This document shows positions 12,155-23,858 of a stretch of 64,000 nt of DNA, piece by piece. The notes under the pieces are model-generated. The model worked only from the letters and a program-made list of their open reading frames with translations. It ran no database searches and was not told where the DNA came from. The position numbers were made by a program, and so were the translations under genes. Source of the stretch: Antedon mediterranea (Eukaryota; Animalia; Echinodermata); the NCBI RefSeq assembly GCF_964355755.1, contig NC_092670.1, forward strand, positions 28,694,388 through 28,758,387. The letters are read 5' to 3'. The stretch's first letter is position 1. Each line of letters begins with the position of its first letter.

Positions 12155-12936
12155 GGGCCTGTTTCTATTGAAAAAGAAAAAGAACGTTTTTTTTTTAAAC
12201 AGGTTTCGGCAATTGTTTATAAATAAAGATCGCATTACAGCTCAATTTTTACTCCAATAAACCGGTTCCGTCCATGTGCGTTTGTTTGTTGTTTGTTATG
12301 TCATTATATACCACAATGCGGTTCGTTAGGCTGAAGCGCAATTGGATCGAGGTCATGTTTATTTTTTTCGCATAGCGCGATCCCAAGCATTGCATCCATT
12401 AAGCCTGTCATTATTATCTGAAATGCCTTGGTTAAAGTATAGGTACGTTGCACCCTCCGATAAGTTGAACTCGTCTTTCACACGCTTTACAATATTCTTA
12501 TAAACATGTGAGTCTTCTCCGACTCCTGGCTAGCCTCCCCCTCATTTTTCTTCTCCCCACATATTTATTACGAACCTCGTAATTGCATATAGGTCCACAT
12601 TCTTTAGTTAAATAAAATACTCACTATCTAGACAAATGAAAATGACTAGGCCTACTGTTGGTCCTATCGCTGCAAGTTGACCGCAATCGTCCCAGTGCAG
12701 CAGAGTTCAGTTCTTGGGGTCAAATTGAGACCTCGATTGTGTTGCTAACAATTACTCCACAGAAACCGGTTTCAGAACGGTTCTTTGCGATCGAGATAGG
12801 AATTAATTCGGGTTTTTTAAACCGTTTTTAAGATCAATTATTTTTTGTGGAGACCCATTTCTGCTGGCAAGAAAAACTTGTTCTTGAAAAGAACGGTATT
12901 CAAAACCGTATTTTCTACTCAATAGAAACAGGCCCC
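12155..12936. mobile_element. Non-autonomous PIF/Harbinger-like TIR element
   Basis: 17-bp TIRs GGGCCTGTTTCTATTGA / TCAATAGAAACAGGCCC flanked by TTA on both sides. Confidence 0.75.
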
Positions 12937-13292
12937 TTAGTTTTTCTGTTACCTTGATCACAAACGCACAACAAAATTTGCAGACAAAAATATAACCCCA
13001 TTGGCAGAGATAATGGGAATATTTTTACACAAATTTGCAATAACTTGCCCATTTGCAAGTGCACAGATTTTTTACTGTGTAGGTCTAGATCTCATCGAAC
13101 GCTAAAACGGTACTGTCAACCGTTTTCCATTTATACTACGCGTCATACGGTAATCCCCAACTGTTCAGACACATTTTTAGCTTACAGTATGCAAAAACGC
13201 TATAACACCATGTGTCTGAACAGGGCCTATATAACAAAAAACATTGAAAAAGCAACATAGGGTATGTACATGATTATAAGAGGTTTTCTCAC

Positions 13293-13389
13293 CAAAAATA
13301 GATATTTACATGTTTCACTTAAAAAGAAACTTTCCATTCTGTCTTCATGTGTTTTGTCAACAACGTTGTGCAAAGTGGAATATCCACAA
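13293..13389 (-). CDS. EDEM1: EDEM1 (ER degradation-enhancing alpha-mannosidase-like 1, GH47) internal exon
   Basis: 97-bp exon bounded by AG and GT encoding [32 protein letters not shown], which contains the GH47 [11 protein letters not shown] motif. Its phase-2 start matches the preceding exon. Confidence 0.92.
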
Positions 13390-13700
13390 CTATAAAAATA
13401 AGTAAACATAAATAAAAATAAGTAAAGATAAATAAATTAAATGTACCAACAAAACTATAGTTCAGGTTAACTGAGGCTTTTATAAAAGTTGGTAATGGCC
13501 GACTTATATATTTGTTACATCAGGGATGGTGCTTGGATTTGTGCCAAGACCAAAGTATAAAGTACTACATTTGTGGTGAGCAAAATAAGGCTTTACAGAC
13601 CTCTGAAATACTAATTGAATAAATGACAAACACTGAGAGCAGTGTATATATCCAAGCTAAATGGGCAAGATTTTTAGTACTGTCTTGTTATCAGACTTAC

Positions 13701-13774
13701 TTGGTTCTTGAATGCTTTTCAATACTTTGAAGAATTTCACTACCAACTCACAAATAAAATGGATTTTTCGTTGC
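13701..13774 (-). CDS. EDEM1: EDEM1 internal exon containing an in-frame TGA
   Basis: 74-bp exon (ttttag|GCAACG...ACCAA|gtaagt) encoding [23 protein letters not shown], compared with vertebrate [21 protein letters not shown]. The TGA is at 13748-13750. This exon is not in the ORF track. Confidence 0.88.
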
Positions 13775-14301
13775 CTAAAATGAATAATTGAAAGATCTTT
13801 CTCATTAAAAAAGGAAGAAAATAGAAAACACATAATTTTATCAATTGTTTTCACATTGTGAACTTCTAGGCAAAATATCTTAAAAGACTATGCGCCGCTT
13901 TTCTGATGTCAGGCCTCATATTACTTAACCTAAAACTAGAAATAATCCCTCTCTAAAAAGAAGAAGCTCATGGGATTCGAATCACATTATTACATCAACA
14001 TGCAAGTCAGGTCAATGTTTCATCACACCTGTAGTAATGTGTCAATAAGGTAGAGGAATAACTAACGCAAAACAAAACAAAACCGACTCTGTATGACAAT
14101 CGATGGTTCCCGCCTCTAACAAAGGAAAAAGATATTGTATACCGGCAGAAAAAGTACAATCGTTTTGCTGATGCCAACCAGACTAGTGGGGGGTGCCATT
14201 TTATTATGAATTTCATGTGCAAGAGTACCAATTTCGACCACCTAGAGATGTCCTTTATCCTGACAATAACAAGGGGTTATCCGCCAAGAGCGGATAACCA
14301 A

Positions 14302-15480
14302 CTAGATTTGAACTCGTCTTCTTTGACGAGTTTGGGTTATCCGTGCAAAACGCAACATGCACATACGTTAAAATATGAATGGCGTCAATTATTATGCCAT
14401 CCTATGGCACAAATTAAATATGTTTACAATGCTGTAACTATTTTGTGTCATAACAGTTTTATGGAATACACTGAATATTGTATATACAGTGTAGCATAGA
14501 AGAATATACAAAACCCATCTTTTATTACAATTTTTAACATGATGACGTCATCAAATGAAACATGATAGAAGATAATAATCTAATTACATTTTTGGGCACG
14601 TAAAATTGAGTTGCGCTCTCTTTTAAACATGATGAACTTATATAAAAGAGATGAAAATCAGACTGGTTGAATTCAACTGGCCATATGATATGACGTCATA
14701 TTTCATCAGATAGACAACATTTTTATATGAATCTACAATTCAACAGCTTCCATAATAAGTTTTAATCATGTGGGTCCCTTTTCATTCCGATGAGCTATAA
14801 CAGATTAAAATATACTGAATAGATGAAATTAAGGAACTCACATTATTATAATTTTTTGTTATGATGACGTAATAAAAATAAATTTGATTTAGAACATATT
14901 AAAATCTAGGAGAAAATGGGGAACTCGATTAACACAAAATGTTAAATTGTATTTATTTAGTTGTCTCAAAATAGAAAAACACCAAGGTAATGTAAATAAG
15001 TATTGTTTCAGCTATCATTTTCTATAAAAATTTAAAAAATGTAATTTTTCAGCCTTTTATTGTTTTTGGCTGTTTCTCCAAATCTGCACGTGTGACTTAT
15101 GTTCGATTTCACTTGCATGTGCCACACATTTTGAAATTCTCAAAATAGCCTGAAATGTACAAAAAAATGATTAGAAATTAATTGTGCGCATTTTTAAACT
15201 GTTCGCATATTTTCTTGCGTAGCACACTAATTTTATCATCTAAAAAATTGCTCGGCCATATTATGAAGTTTACTTTTGTAAAATTTCATTAAAAAAATAT
15301 TTGTGGTTCACAATTTATGATCAACCATAAATTTAATAAATCGCACTTAACTTATGCTGCGCGACTCTGAAGTTTCTTGCACACTACAGTTAGAAGTCAA
15401 TCTTCTGACAAAGTTAAACAATGTTAGGTTACAAGAGTTAGAGATACAGATTGCAACACAATTCGTGGAATGAAAGAATA
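14302..15480 (-). mobile_element. Helitron-like family B copy (approximate 5' boundary)
   Basis: On the minus strand, hairpin AACTCGTC...GACGAGTT followed by CAAATCTAG|T at 14302. The same terminus occurs at 29413(-), 34229(+) and 63656(+). Body motifs such as TGGCCATATGATGACGTCA recur at ~31813, 33580, 62060 and 63865. Confidence 0.55.
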
Positions 15481-16529
15481 AGATCCTGACAATATCAAGG
15501 GGTTATCCGCCAAGTGTGGATAACCAAAAAAAGATTCTGACAATAACAATAACAAATTTATTTCATATTTTGTTTGTTGTCCAGTGAAATTTACCTGTAC
15601 TATGTTACCAGACGAAATTAGATACTGTAATTTTAGAGCAGATTGTTTTTATGCGTTTCATGATCCTTATCATATTCAATAAATTGGCAAGTTGCTATGT
15701 TTTGTAGATTTACAGAATTTGCAGAAATGTTGACAATGCATTTTTCAATCCTAAAGATGGTAAACATACATTTTATTAAAATGTGTATTACCTGAAAACT
15801 GTACCACTGTGGTATTAGTCAGGGTCCTTGTATTTCCATAGGATTTTAATGCCCAAAGTCAGATTTCACTTGATTTCACTTTTACCGTGGTGCTAGGATA
15901 CCAAAAATGCTAGGTAACAAATTGTCACAATCAAATAACCATGATCAGCACAAAGTTCAAAATCTCCGTAAACCTTTTGGTCTATCAACAAGATATTGGT
16001 ATCAAAATACAAAATATTTATATTCATTGTAATGGACCCATGACCTTGACTCCCACTGTATCTAAAAAAAGTGGCTGGTCATAAAAATTTTACAATGGTT
16101 TCAAATATTTAGAAAATGACCAGAATGTAAAGTTATTGACCTTTGACCTAATAAACAAGAACTTGTATAAGCATTTATCTATTAATTGAGCATTATCGGC
16201 AATTATTTGTGGTAGGGATTAAAAAATGGGTTTACATATCATTTGAATACCTAATTCCCATATTTAGTTTTAATATATTTTATAAATATTATATACTTTA
16301 TTTACTACTAAGTAAGCACATTTATCTAATGTAAAAACTTTGGAGAATAGTAAAAGTTACAGCAGAAATTCATTGCACTGTATTTATTTTCCTAACATCC
16401 ACTTCACTAAAATGATGTAGTCCAATTGATTCTTCCTGCACTTTTCCTTGAATGTTAATTGCTATACTTTTTTGAATTTTTCCTGATAAGAAACTGGAGC
16501 TCAAAAACAGGATTAATTACATCAACTAT

Positions 16530-18468
16530 GTAGGAAGTGTAGACGATGGATCTCTGAATGATAATGACTCGGGTAAAAAGGTTTTAGAAGGACATTCTTG
16601 ACAGGACGTTTTCTGTCGGTTACCACTATTGAAATGCTTGATATTCGTAAAACTAAACCTACTCACTAACCTGTTTTCACAGTGTCAAACGGGACACAGA
16701 TAGTGCAATACAGTCCTGGCAGCTAACTAAAAAACTATCGGGGTTTCATTCGATTTCAAACAAAAGCTCATATCTCTCGATGTAATTTTATATACTTATT
16801 CCACACATATACTTCTATGTTTTATGAATATATTTAATTTAATCTTTATGTACTACTATACCTACACACGCGCGGTCCGAAAATAAACAAAAAACTAAAA
16901 TGGTAACCAACCATGCAGGAAGTTGCAAGGTGATTGTCACACCTTACTGCGGACCCGGAAATTACTTCCACCATGCGTAGAGTTAAAAATCTACCGATGA
17001 AATCATAAATTTTGTTATAAAACTCTTTATAATATCTTCCTAAGATAGAAATATGGAACAATATCGTAATAGTGGAAACTAATGTTATCAAATCTACGTC
17101 CGTTTCACGGTATATCTGAGATAGATAAAGTAGGTAACCAAGGCGAAGATTTGTCCCAAAGTTTTTCCATTGTGCTCACCTATGTCAGAATTAACCATAA
17201 TTTATATAGACTCGCTTGCTCCCCCTCTAGGAAGTGTAGACGATGGTTCTCGGAATGATAAAAATGTTCTCCTTGTACGTTTTCTGTCGGTTACCATTAT
17301 TGAAAATGCTTGACATTCGTAAAACTAAACTACTCTGTTTCACAGTGTTTTAGATGATTAATAACATTTTAAAGTATAGGATTTATTGTTTGGTAGGGCC
17401 CTTTGGGGAGGCAGAGTTCATTTGAGGGAGGTGCTTATTCGAGGGATATATGTTATTTTTTTTAGTTTTAATAATAAGGTAACAAATTTTATAATCAAAT
17501 GAAATCCTCTAATAGATATGAAAAGTGGTAAAAAAGAATAACAAATGCTTGGAAAATTGTAGATGACAGTGCGATGAATTCTACTACAAATAGTATAATG
17601 ATTATTATTCAAAGTGATGTTTTATTGGAGAGGCGTTTATTCAAATAAATACCATCCTAATAATTATTAATACGTTATTTAATTTAAACATCTTTTGAAA
17701 CTAACTGCCGTGACAGAGTGGGCCCAAGAAAGAAGATATTACGGCTTGCAACATGGTCAGACATCTCGGTCCTAACGGGACACAGATAGCCTACAGTTAT
17801 TCCTGCCAGCTTACTCAATCAACTATCGGGATTTCACTCGATTTTAAACAAATTGTCTTATCATCAAATCTCCCTATGTAATTTTATAATACTATTTCCC
17901 ACAATATATTCCGATTCTGTATGGTGTATATTTAATTTGATCTTTATTAATTTGCAGTATAATTTTAATTTTTAACTACTGTACCTTCACACACGCGCGG
18001 TCCGTTCCTAAAATAAACAAAAAACTGAAATGGCTATGCAACTTAAGCGCCAGTCCTGCTATAGGGTTTTTTTTTCTTCCTTCTTCCAAAGGGACACTGT
18101 ATTGATGGAAAGTGCCTGTTTCCAGTTACCTTTAGGGTCAAAGCTATTATTTTAACTGCTCCCTTGTGTATAAAAGAGAGAAAATAGTTGAAACAAGGTT
18201 GTTGCAAGGTGAACCCGGAAATTACTTTGACTCGCGAAGAATTGAAATTGAGTTGAAAATCTACTGTTGAAATCATAAATTTTGTTAAAAAACTCTTTAT
18301 AATATCTTCCTAATATAGAAATATGGAACAATAGCTAATGTTATCAAATCTACGTTTCGCGGTACATCTGAGATAGATAAGGTACCGGTAGGTATCCAAG
18401 GCGGAGATTTGTACCGAAGTTTTTGCATTGTGCTCGTCTATGTCAGAATTAACCATAATTTATATATA
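16530..18468 (+). repeat. Two adjacent copies of an unclassified dispersed repeat; third copy at 61469-62020
   Basis: Shared blocks TAGGAAGTGTAGACGATGG (16531/17228), ACACGCGCGGTCCG (16866/17991/61521) and GTCAGAATTAACCATAATTTATATA (17184/18442/61993). Confidence 0.75.
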
Positions 18469-19402
18469 GTAGATACCATGCATTTATTGTGTCCGCATCC
18501 TCGTTGCCATTAAGACAGTCAAGGAATGAGAGTGGTTGATTCAACTTGCTTTCCTATAAATCCATCATTCAAATTCCATTTATTTCCTAATGCTTGTTTT
18601 TCTTGAAACATTTTCATATATAAAGGTTTACATTGATAGGCTGCCAGCCATACATATTAGGTGGTCATAGATGACAATTTGAGTGCTTAGTTCAGTTGCT
18701 TGGTTAGACGTTCCTTGGTTTTGCTTCTTGGATGTTTCGAGATATGAGAAGCAATCCTCCAATGCTAACATTGACTGCCATTTTGTAGTCATATCGCCAA
18801 GCCAAGGAACCAATTTAAGGAGTGAGATTGTTAGAAGTGACTAAGTGGTTTTTGATGTTTACAGCATTTTATGATTTTATCTGCTTCAAGCTACTAAATG
18901 GTTTTAATTTCATTTTCTTTTCAGGCAGTCCACAACCAGACTTTGCTCAAAAACTTTTTTATCATCTCTGTGTAAGATATATTTCTTGACTTCTTTTGAA
19001 ATTATATTATGACAATATTAAAAGACAATGTTAAAAAAAGTGTTGATTTTGTTATGGATGTATTTTAATGGAATCGTGAAGGATTTGTGTGTTTTGTGTT
19101 GATGGGATATCCAGTTCGATTTCCTCATCTTGAGTAATACTAACAAGACCACCAACCCATTTTAACTGTTTTCCTTCTGTTCTAGAGCATGATCCGGGAA
19201 AATAGCACTATTTGAATACAGATTGTTTTCTTTACATTCAAATTAATTGCATTCTTTTATTCTCTGTTATACGGTCATTTACATCAAGCCAAGCTTGTTT
19301 ATTTGTGTTAGATGGCAATGTATCAGACGAGCATATAAATGAAAACCAGTCATGGGTAAAATGAATCTGTAAGATACCCTCCAAATAATATGTGTTATAA
19401 TT

Positions 19403-22371
19403 GGGGTGTCTCAAAAACTCAGATCTAGAAAACTCAGATCTCAGATATATTTGAGTTTTATAGATCTATAAAACTCAGATCTGACTTTTCTATATCTAGA
19501 AAACTCCGATATCAATATCTGAGTTTTCTAGTTCCAGAATGGAATTAGAAAACTCAGGTCATCAAATGATTGGTTGGTAGGTCATTTGGATCATTCCATT
19601 ATTAATCAGAAGGTAGGTCATTTAAACTACTAGAGTATAAATAAATAAATAAATAAATACATTTTCTTACTAATATTGTAACATGTGTTATGCTTTGGTG
19701 AAGTGAGGACGTGTTACAGTGATGCTCGCTGGCCCGGCCTTTTCAATTTGAGCATTTGACACGCCACCCCGGTCTAAAGGGGGTTGACTACCTTTAGTTC
19801 ATGTCTCTCACGGGCACACCTTGAGCCTAACAATTAGTTGGATTTGTTTTTATATTTGATTTAGATTGGATACCACAGTTTTTAATACAGATTTTAACAC
19901 ATTGCGTATACAAGTGGATGCAGATTTTAACTATATTTTGCTGTTGTACCTGTAGTTTGCTGTTTTTAACCGTTTTTAACTTTATTGCTGTTTTAACATG
20001 TACTTTTAACCTTATTGTACTTTCGATTTGGATAAGTCTGACAGTTTGAGGTTATGTGCTCTTACCGATCTGTTATTTGTTGCAATATACAACGATGTTT
20101 GGTTTCAATAACTTCTTGTGTACGCTATGGCTGTTATGGTTGGTATGTGTATACTACTACAAGTATTGCGATGATAATGACATGCAAGATTACCACGGTA
20201 AGCAGTTAACTTTTAATATTTCCAGGCTAAGCCAACGTAGATGTCTAAACAGGAAGGAATATTTTAAATCCTCGGCTCCAACATTATATTACAACAACCA
20301 TACCGCTACATTTGATAGATATATAGAAATGTCTGGGGATGTTCACCCAAATCCCGGTCCTGTTTTAAACGGTGACAATAGCAAAATTGGATTGAGACCC
20401 AGCATGCTTTATTTTAACGCCCGTAGTGTTGTAAATAAACTAAGCGAACTTCAAGTTACAATAGCCAATGAAGCTCCTAGCTTAATGTTTATAACCGAAA
20501 CTTGACTAGACAGCACTACTTTGGATTCTGAACTGGTACCAGTTCAATATACTATATTTCGCAGTGACAGAAATCGTCATGGAGGTGGCGTTCTTATCGC
20601 CGCTCACAACAACCTTATTTGATGTTGATATTAATGATTGTAGTAATCTCAATGGCCTACGTCCTCTTTCTAATATTCAAACAACACCAGCTGAAATTCT
20701 TAGACTTATTAACAAATTACAAAAACGTAAAGCACCTGGCCCAGATGGCATCACATCTACAATGCTTAAGTTAGCGGCTGCACACATTTGTGAGCCTCTG
20801 GCCAAAATATTTAATTTGTCACTCTCCATGTTTTCCCCTCCGAATGGAAAATGGCAAATGTAATTCCTATACACAAGGCTGGTGCAACCAATGATATCGC
20901 CAATTATAGACCGGTTTCCCTTTTTTCAACAGTTGGCAAGTTATTAGAAAGAGTGGTCAGTAGGCACTTGTTCGATCATTGAAGTTCTCACAAACTATTG
21001 TCAACCTGTCAACATGGTTTTGTAGCTGGAAGGTCTAGTCAAACGATACTTAGCACCACTTACTATTACTGGGCTAAAGTTTTAGATGAGAGAACCCCTC
21101 CTCCAATTGATGTAATTGTTTTGGATTGGAACAAAGCTTTCGATCGCATAAGTCATCCTATTTTACTTAAAAAGCTACATGACTATGGATTACGAGGTTC
21201 AGTGTTACAATGGTTTGTTTCATATTTGAAGGGTAGATCGCAACAAGTATTATTTCGCGGAACTGCTTCCAATACCTGTAATGTTCAGTCTGGCGTTCCT
21301 CAGGGATCAGTTTTAGGTCCCATGTTATTTAATATCTTTGTTTTTGATATGCCAGCTGTTATCTCATCTCATATATTGCAATATACAGATGATACAGTTA
21401 TATATAGAGCAGAAGACCATCAGTCACTTCAGAATGATTTAACCTGTATTCTTCAATGGAGCATAACCAATAAAATGCTTCTGAATTCAACAAAATGTAA
21501 ATGTATGCGCATAACAAGGTCATCTAGGTTAAGTAAACTTGGTAATAATTATAAAATAGGGGTTGACACCTTGAGCCAGGTTACCTCATACAAGTACATT
21601 GGGGTAACTTTTACTTCAAAATTAGATTGGGGATTACATGTGTCTCAGACAAGATCAAAAGCTTCGAAATTAATGGGTTTTATTAAGCGCATTGTTCGTT
21701 GCAGAGACACTATTGTAATTCCAAAATTATTCTGTGCTATTGTACGTCCGATTATTGAATATGGTATACCTGCTTGGTTACCTTACCAAAAAGGACATCT
21801 CTACTCATTGGAACAAGTCCAACGCCGAATAACTAACATTTGTTTCTATGAGGACGATATTTCCTATGAACATTAATGTCTTAATGTTTTAGGATTAAGT
21901 TCACTTGAAAAACATTTCCAACTCTTATCCATGTCATTTATTGTCAAATGTCTTTATGGCATATATACTGTGGATATTTTAAACCATATTTCAATCAACC
22001 CTCGTCACGGTGATCATCTCATATTTGTACACCCTTTCGCCCGGAAAAATTCTTTAAAATACTCAATTTTCCACTTATTTCCCCGTGCATGGGAGGAACT
22101 ACCGGTAGAAATAAGGGATTCATTAATTTTAAATACAGGTATTAAGACTTTTATAAATAAGCTTAAAATATATTTTAAGTAAGATTTTGCTATGTATTGA
22201 CGATTTTTAGTGATATTGTAATATATTTTAATTTATTTTGATATAGTATTATATGCAATTTTATTGTTTAATACAAATTTTATTCTAAATGTTTTTTATA
22301 CAATCAGTGCAATAGGAGATCTTGATATATCTTAGATCTGAGTTTTCTATATCTGAGTTTTCTAGACACCG
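19403..22371. mobile_element. TIR element (MULE-like MITE) with internal short repeats, now enclosing a LINE
   Basis: TIRs GGTGTCTCAAAAACTCAGAT / ATCTGAGTTTTCTAGACACC, repeated AAACTCAGAT motifs, and a 9-bp TSD GTTATAATT (19394-19402) / GTTACAATT (22372-22380). Confidence 0.7.
19700..22312 (+). mobile_element. CR1/L2-group LINE, internally deleted, with a 2A-like leader
   Basis: APE start (YFNARSVVNK, FITET*L, RSDRNRHGGGVL) joined at ~20620 to the pre-RT region (KAPGPDGI). RT motifs NYRPVSL, QHGF, DWNKAFD, SGVPQGSVLGP, QYTDDT. C-terminus RPIIEYG...WEELP. Contains stops and frameshifts; outer boundaries are approximate. Confidence 0.9.
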
Positions 22372-22403
22372 GTTACAATTACCATCAAATTTCACTCTAT
22401 GGC

Positions 22404-23043
22404 CCCGGGGGGTCACTCTTAAATATTTCTATACGCGGAGGTGCCGCATTTACGGGTATATTTTCGAGGGCCTGGTAGCACAAGTGTGGGAAAATATGAA
22501 GAGTTGGTAGCACAAGTGTGGGAAATGACAGGGTGAAGTAGTTTAAGTCCCTAGCCCGCCCACCCGTGTCAAAATGTAACGATTTATCACCAAATTTTGC
22601 AGGTATTTTAGCATACTGGATGCTATAAACCCATCGCGGGGCCTATCGCTAAATACCTTTGAATAGGCCTAGAGTTTTCGCATCAGCAGAAGAACACGAA
22701 ACATCCAGCCTAGGACAAAATCATTCAACTGTGACCACTCTTGATCATCCTCGTCATGCACCCCCGCGGCGGATGCGCGATAAACTTTCAAAACACGTTC
22801 GTGATTTTTCCATGAACGGTCTCTTTGGCCATGCGCAGATCATGCTGGGAACCAGTTTAAATTTTGCGCCCTCTCTGGCGTGGCCTTGTTTCTGCCGTCT
22901 TTTTAGAGAACACTGGATTTTGGTAAAATGGTAGTTCAAGTCCGTAGTATTTTTCAGTAAAACAGGTAGCGCAAGTGGCTGCTGCACCTCCCCGTTTGGT
23001 TTATATACAAGTGACCCCCACCCCCCCCCCCCCCCCCCCCGGG
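22404..23043. mobile_element. Non-autonomous DNA transposon with G/C-run TIRs and an 8-bp TSD
   Basis: CCCGGGGGGTCAC ... GTGACCCCC(C)nGGG with a perfect TSD TCTATGGC (22396-22403 / 23044-23051). Superfamily not assigned. Confidence 0.85.
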
Positions 23044-23210
23044 TCTATGGCATTTACAACTTTTAGTCAAATCATAAATCTTCAATTAATACGTTTATAG
23101 TGAAATTTTAACAAATGTTGCTGGTTGATATTCAACTAACACTAATAAGAAACAGAGAAAATATTTTTTTTTTAAATGAGAAAAACATTATCCAAAAAAT
23201 AAATCCAAAC

Positions 23211-23381
23211 CTGGTATAAAAAGTAGGTAGATTCTGCAAGTTCAGGTCGAAGGGGGTAAAAGAAAACTTCAGGTTTTTTCAAGTGCCAGTTGTAACGTTC
23301 GGGAAGGACGCCATATTTTCTCCAGATAGCATAATAAATTGCATGATTACATATTGCCTCGTCAATGTCACCTTTCAAAAC
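23211..23381 (-). CDS. EDEM1: EDEM1 internal exon
   Basis: 171-bp phase-0 exon (ttctcag|GTT...CAG|gtttgg) encoding [57 protein letters not shown], with the GH47 YPLRPE motif in an EDEM1-type context. Confidence 0.95.
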
Positions 23382-23858
23382 CTGAGAAGAAAAAATATGT
23401 GGATATAGTGGATTCCAAACCAAATAAGTGCTGGGTTCAATTACCTTACAGATCTTTCTTTCTGGAAAAATTTTTAAATACTGTACTACTAGTTGTTGAG
23501 GTCAACTATAATTTCTTCAAACTATACCCACCTCCCACTTATGTGGTTTTCAAAATTCATTACAATACAAATCTTGTTGTAAAGCTGTTGGAAAACCTCT
23601 TTCTTAGTAATCCTAAACAACAAACTCCTACGAAAATAACAAAATATAGGAAAGATTGGGGTTCATGCGCTTTATCAAATTTAATAAATAACACAGAAGA
23701 GAAAAAACCCTATTAAAAAAATTTGAATGGCCATAATATGATGAATTCACATCTACAAATCATCAGCTTCCATAATAAGTGAAAAAAACAGTTGGTCACC
23801 ATTGACATGAATTAAATTTTCACGAAGTGTCAATAAAAAATGACTTGGCTCTTATGCA

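Noticed and set aside
13748-13750. Selenocysteine codon in EDEM1
   Set aside because: It aligns to His rather than Cys, GH47 proteins are not known selenoproteins, and no SECIS could be assessed. It is kept only as a probable nonsense change.
18490-19330. Possible ancient LINE endonuclease/linker remnant on the minus strand
   Set aside because: Only scattered weak motifs; not supportable without a profile search.
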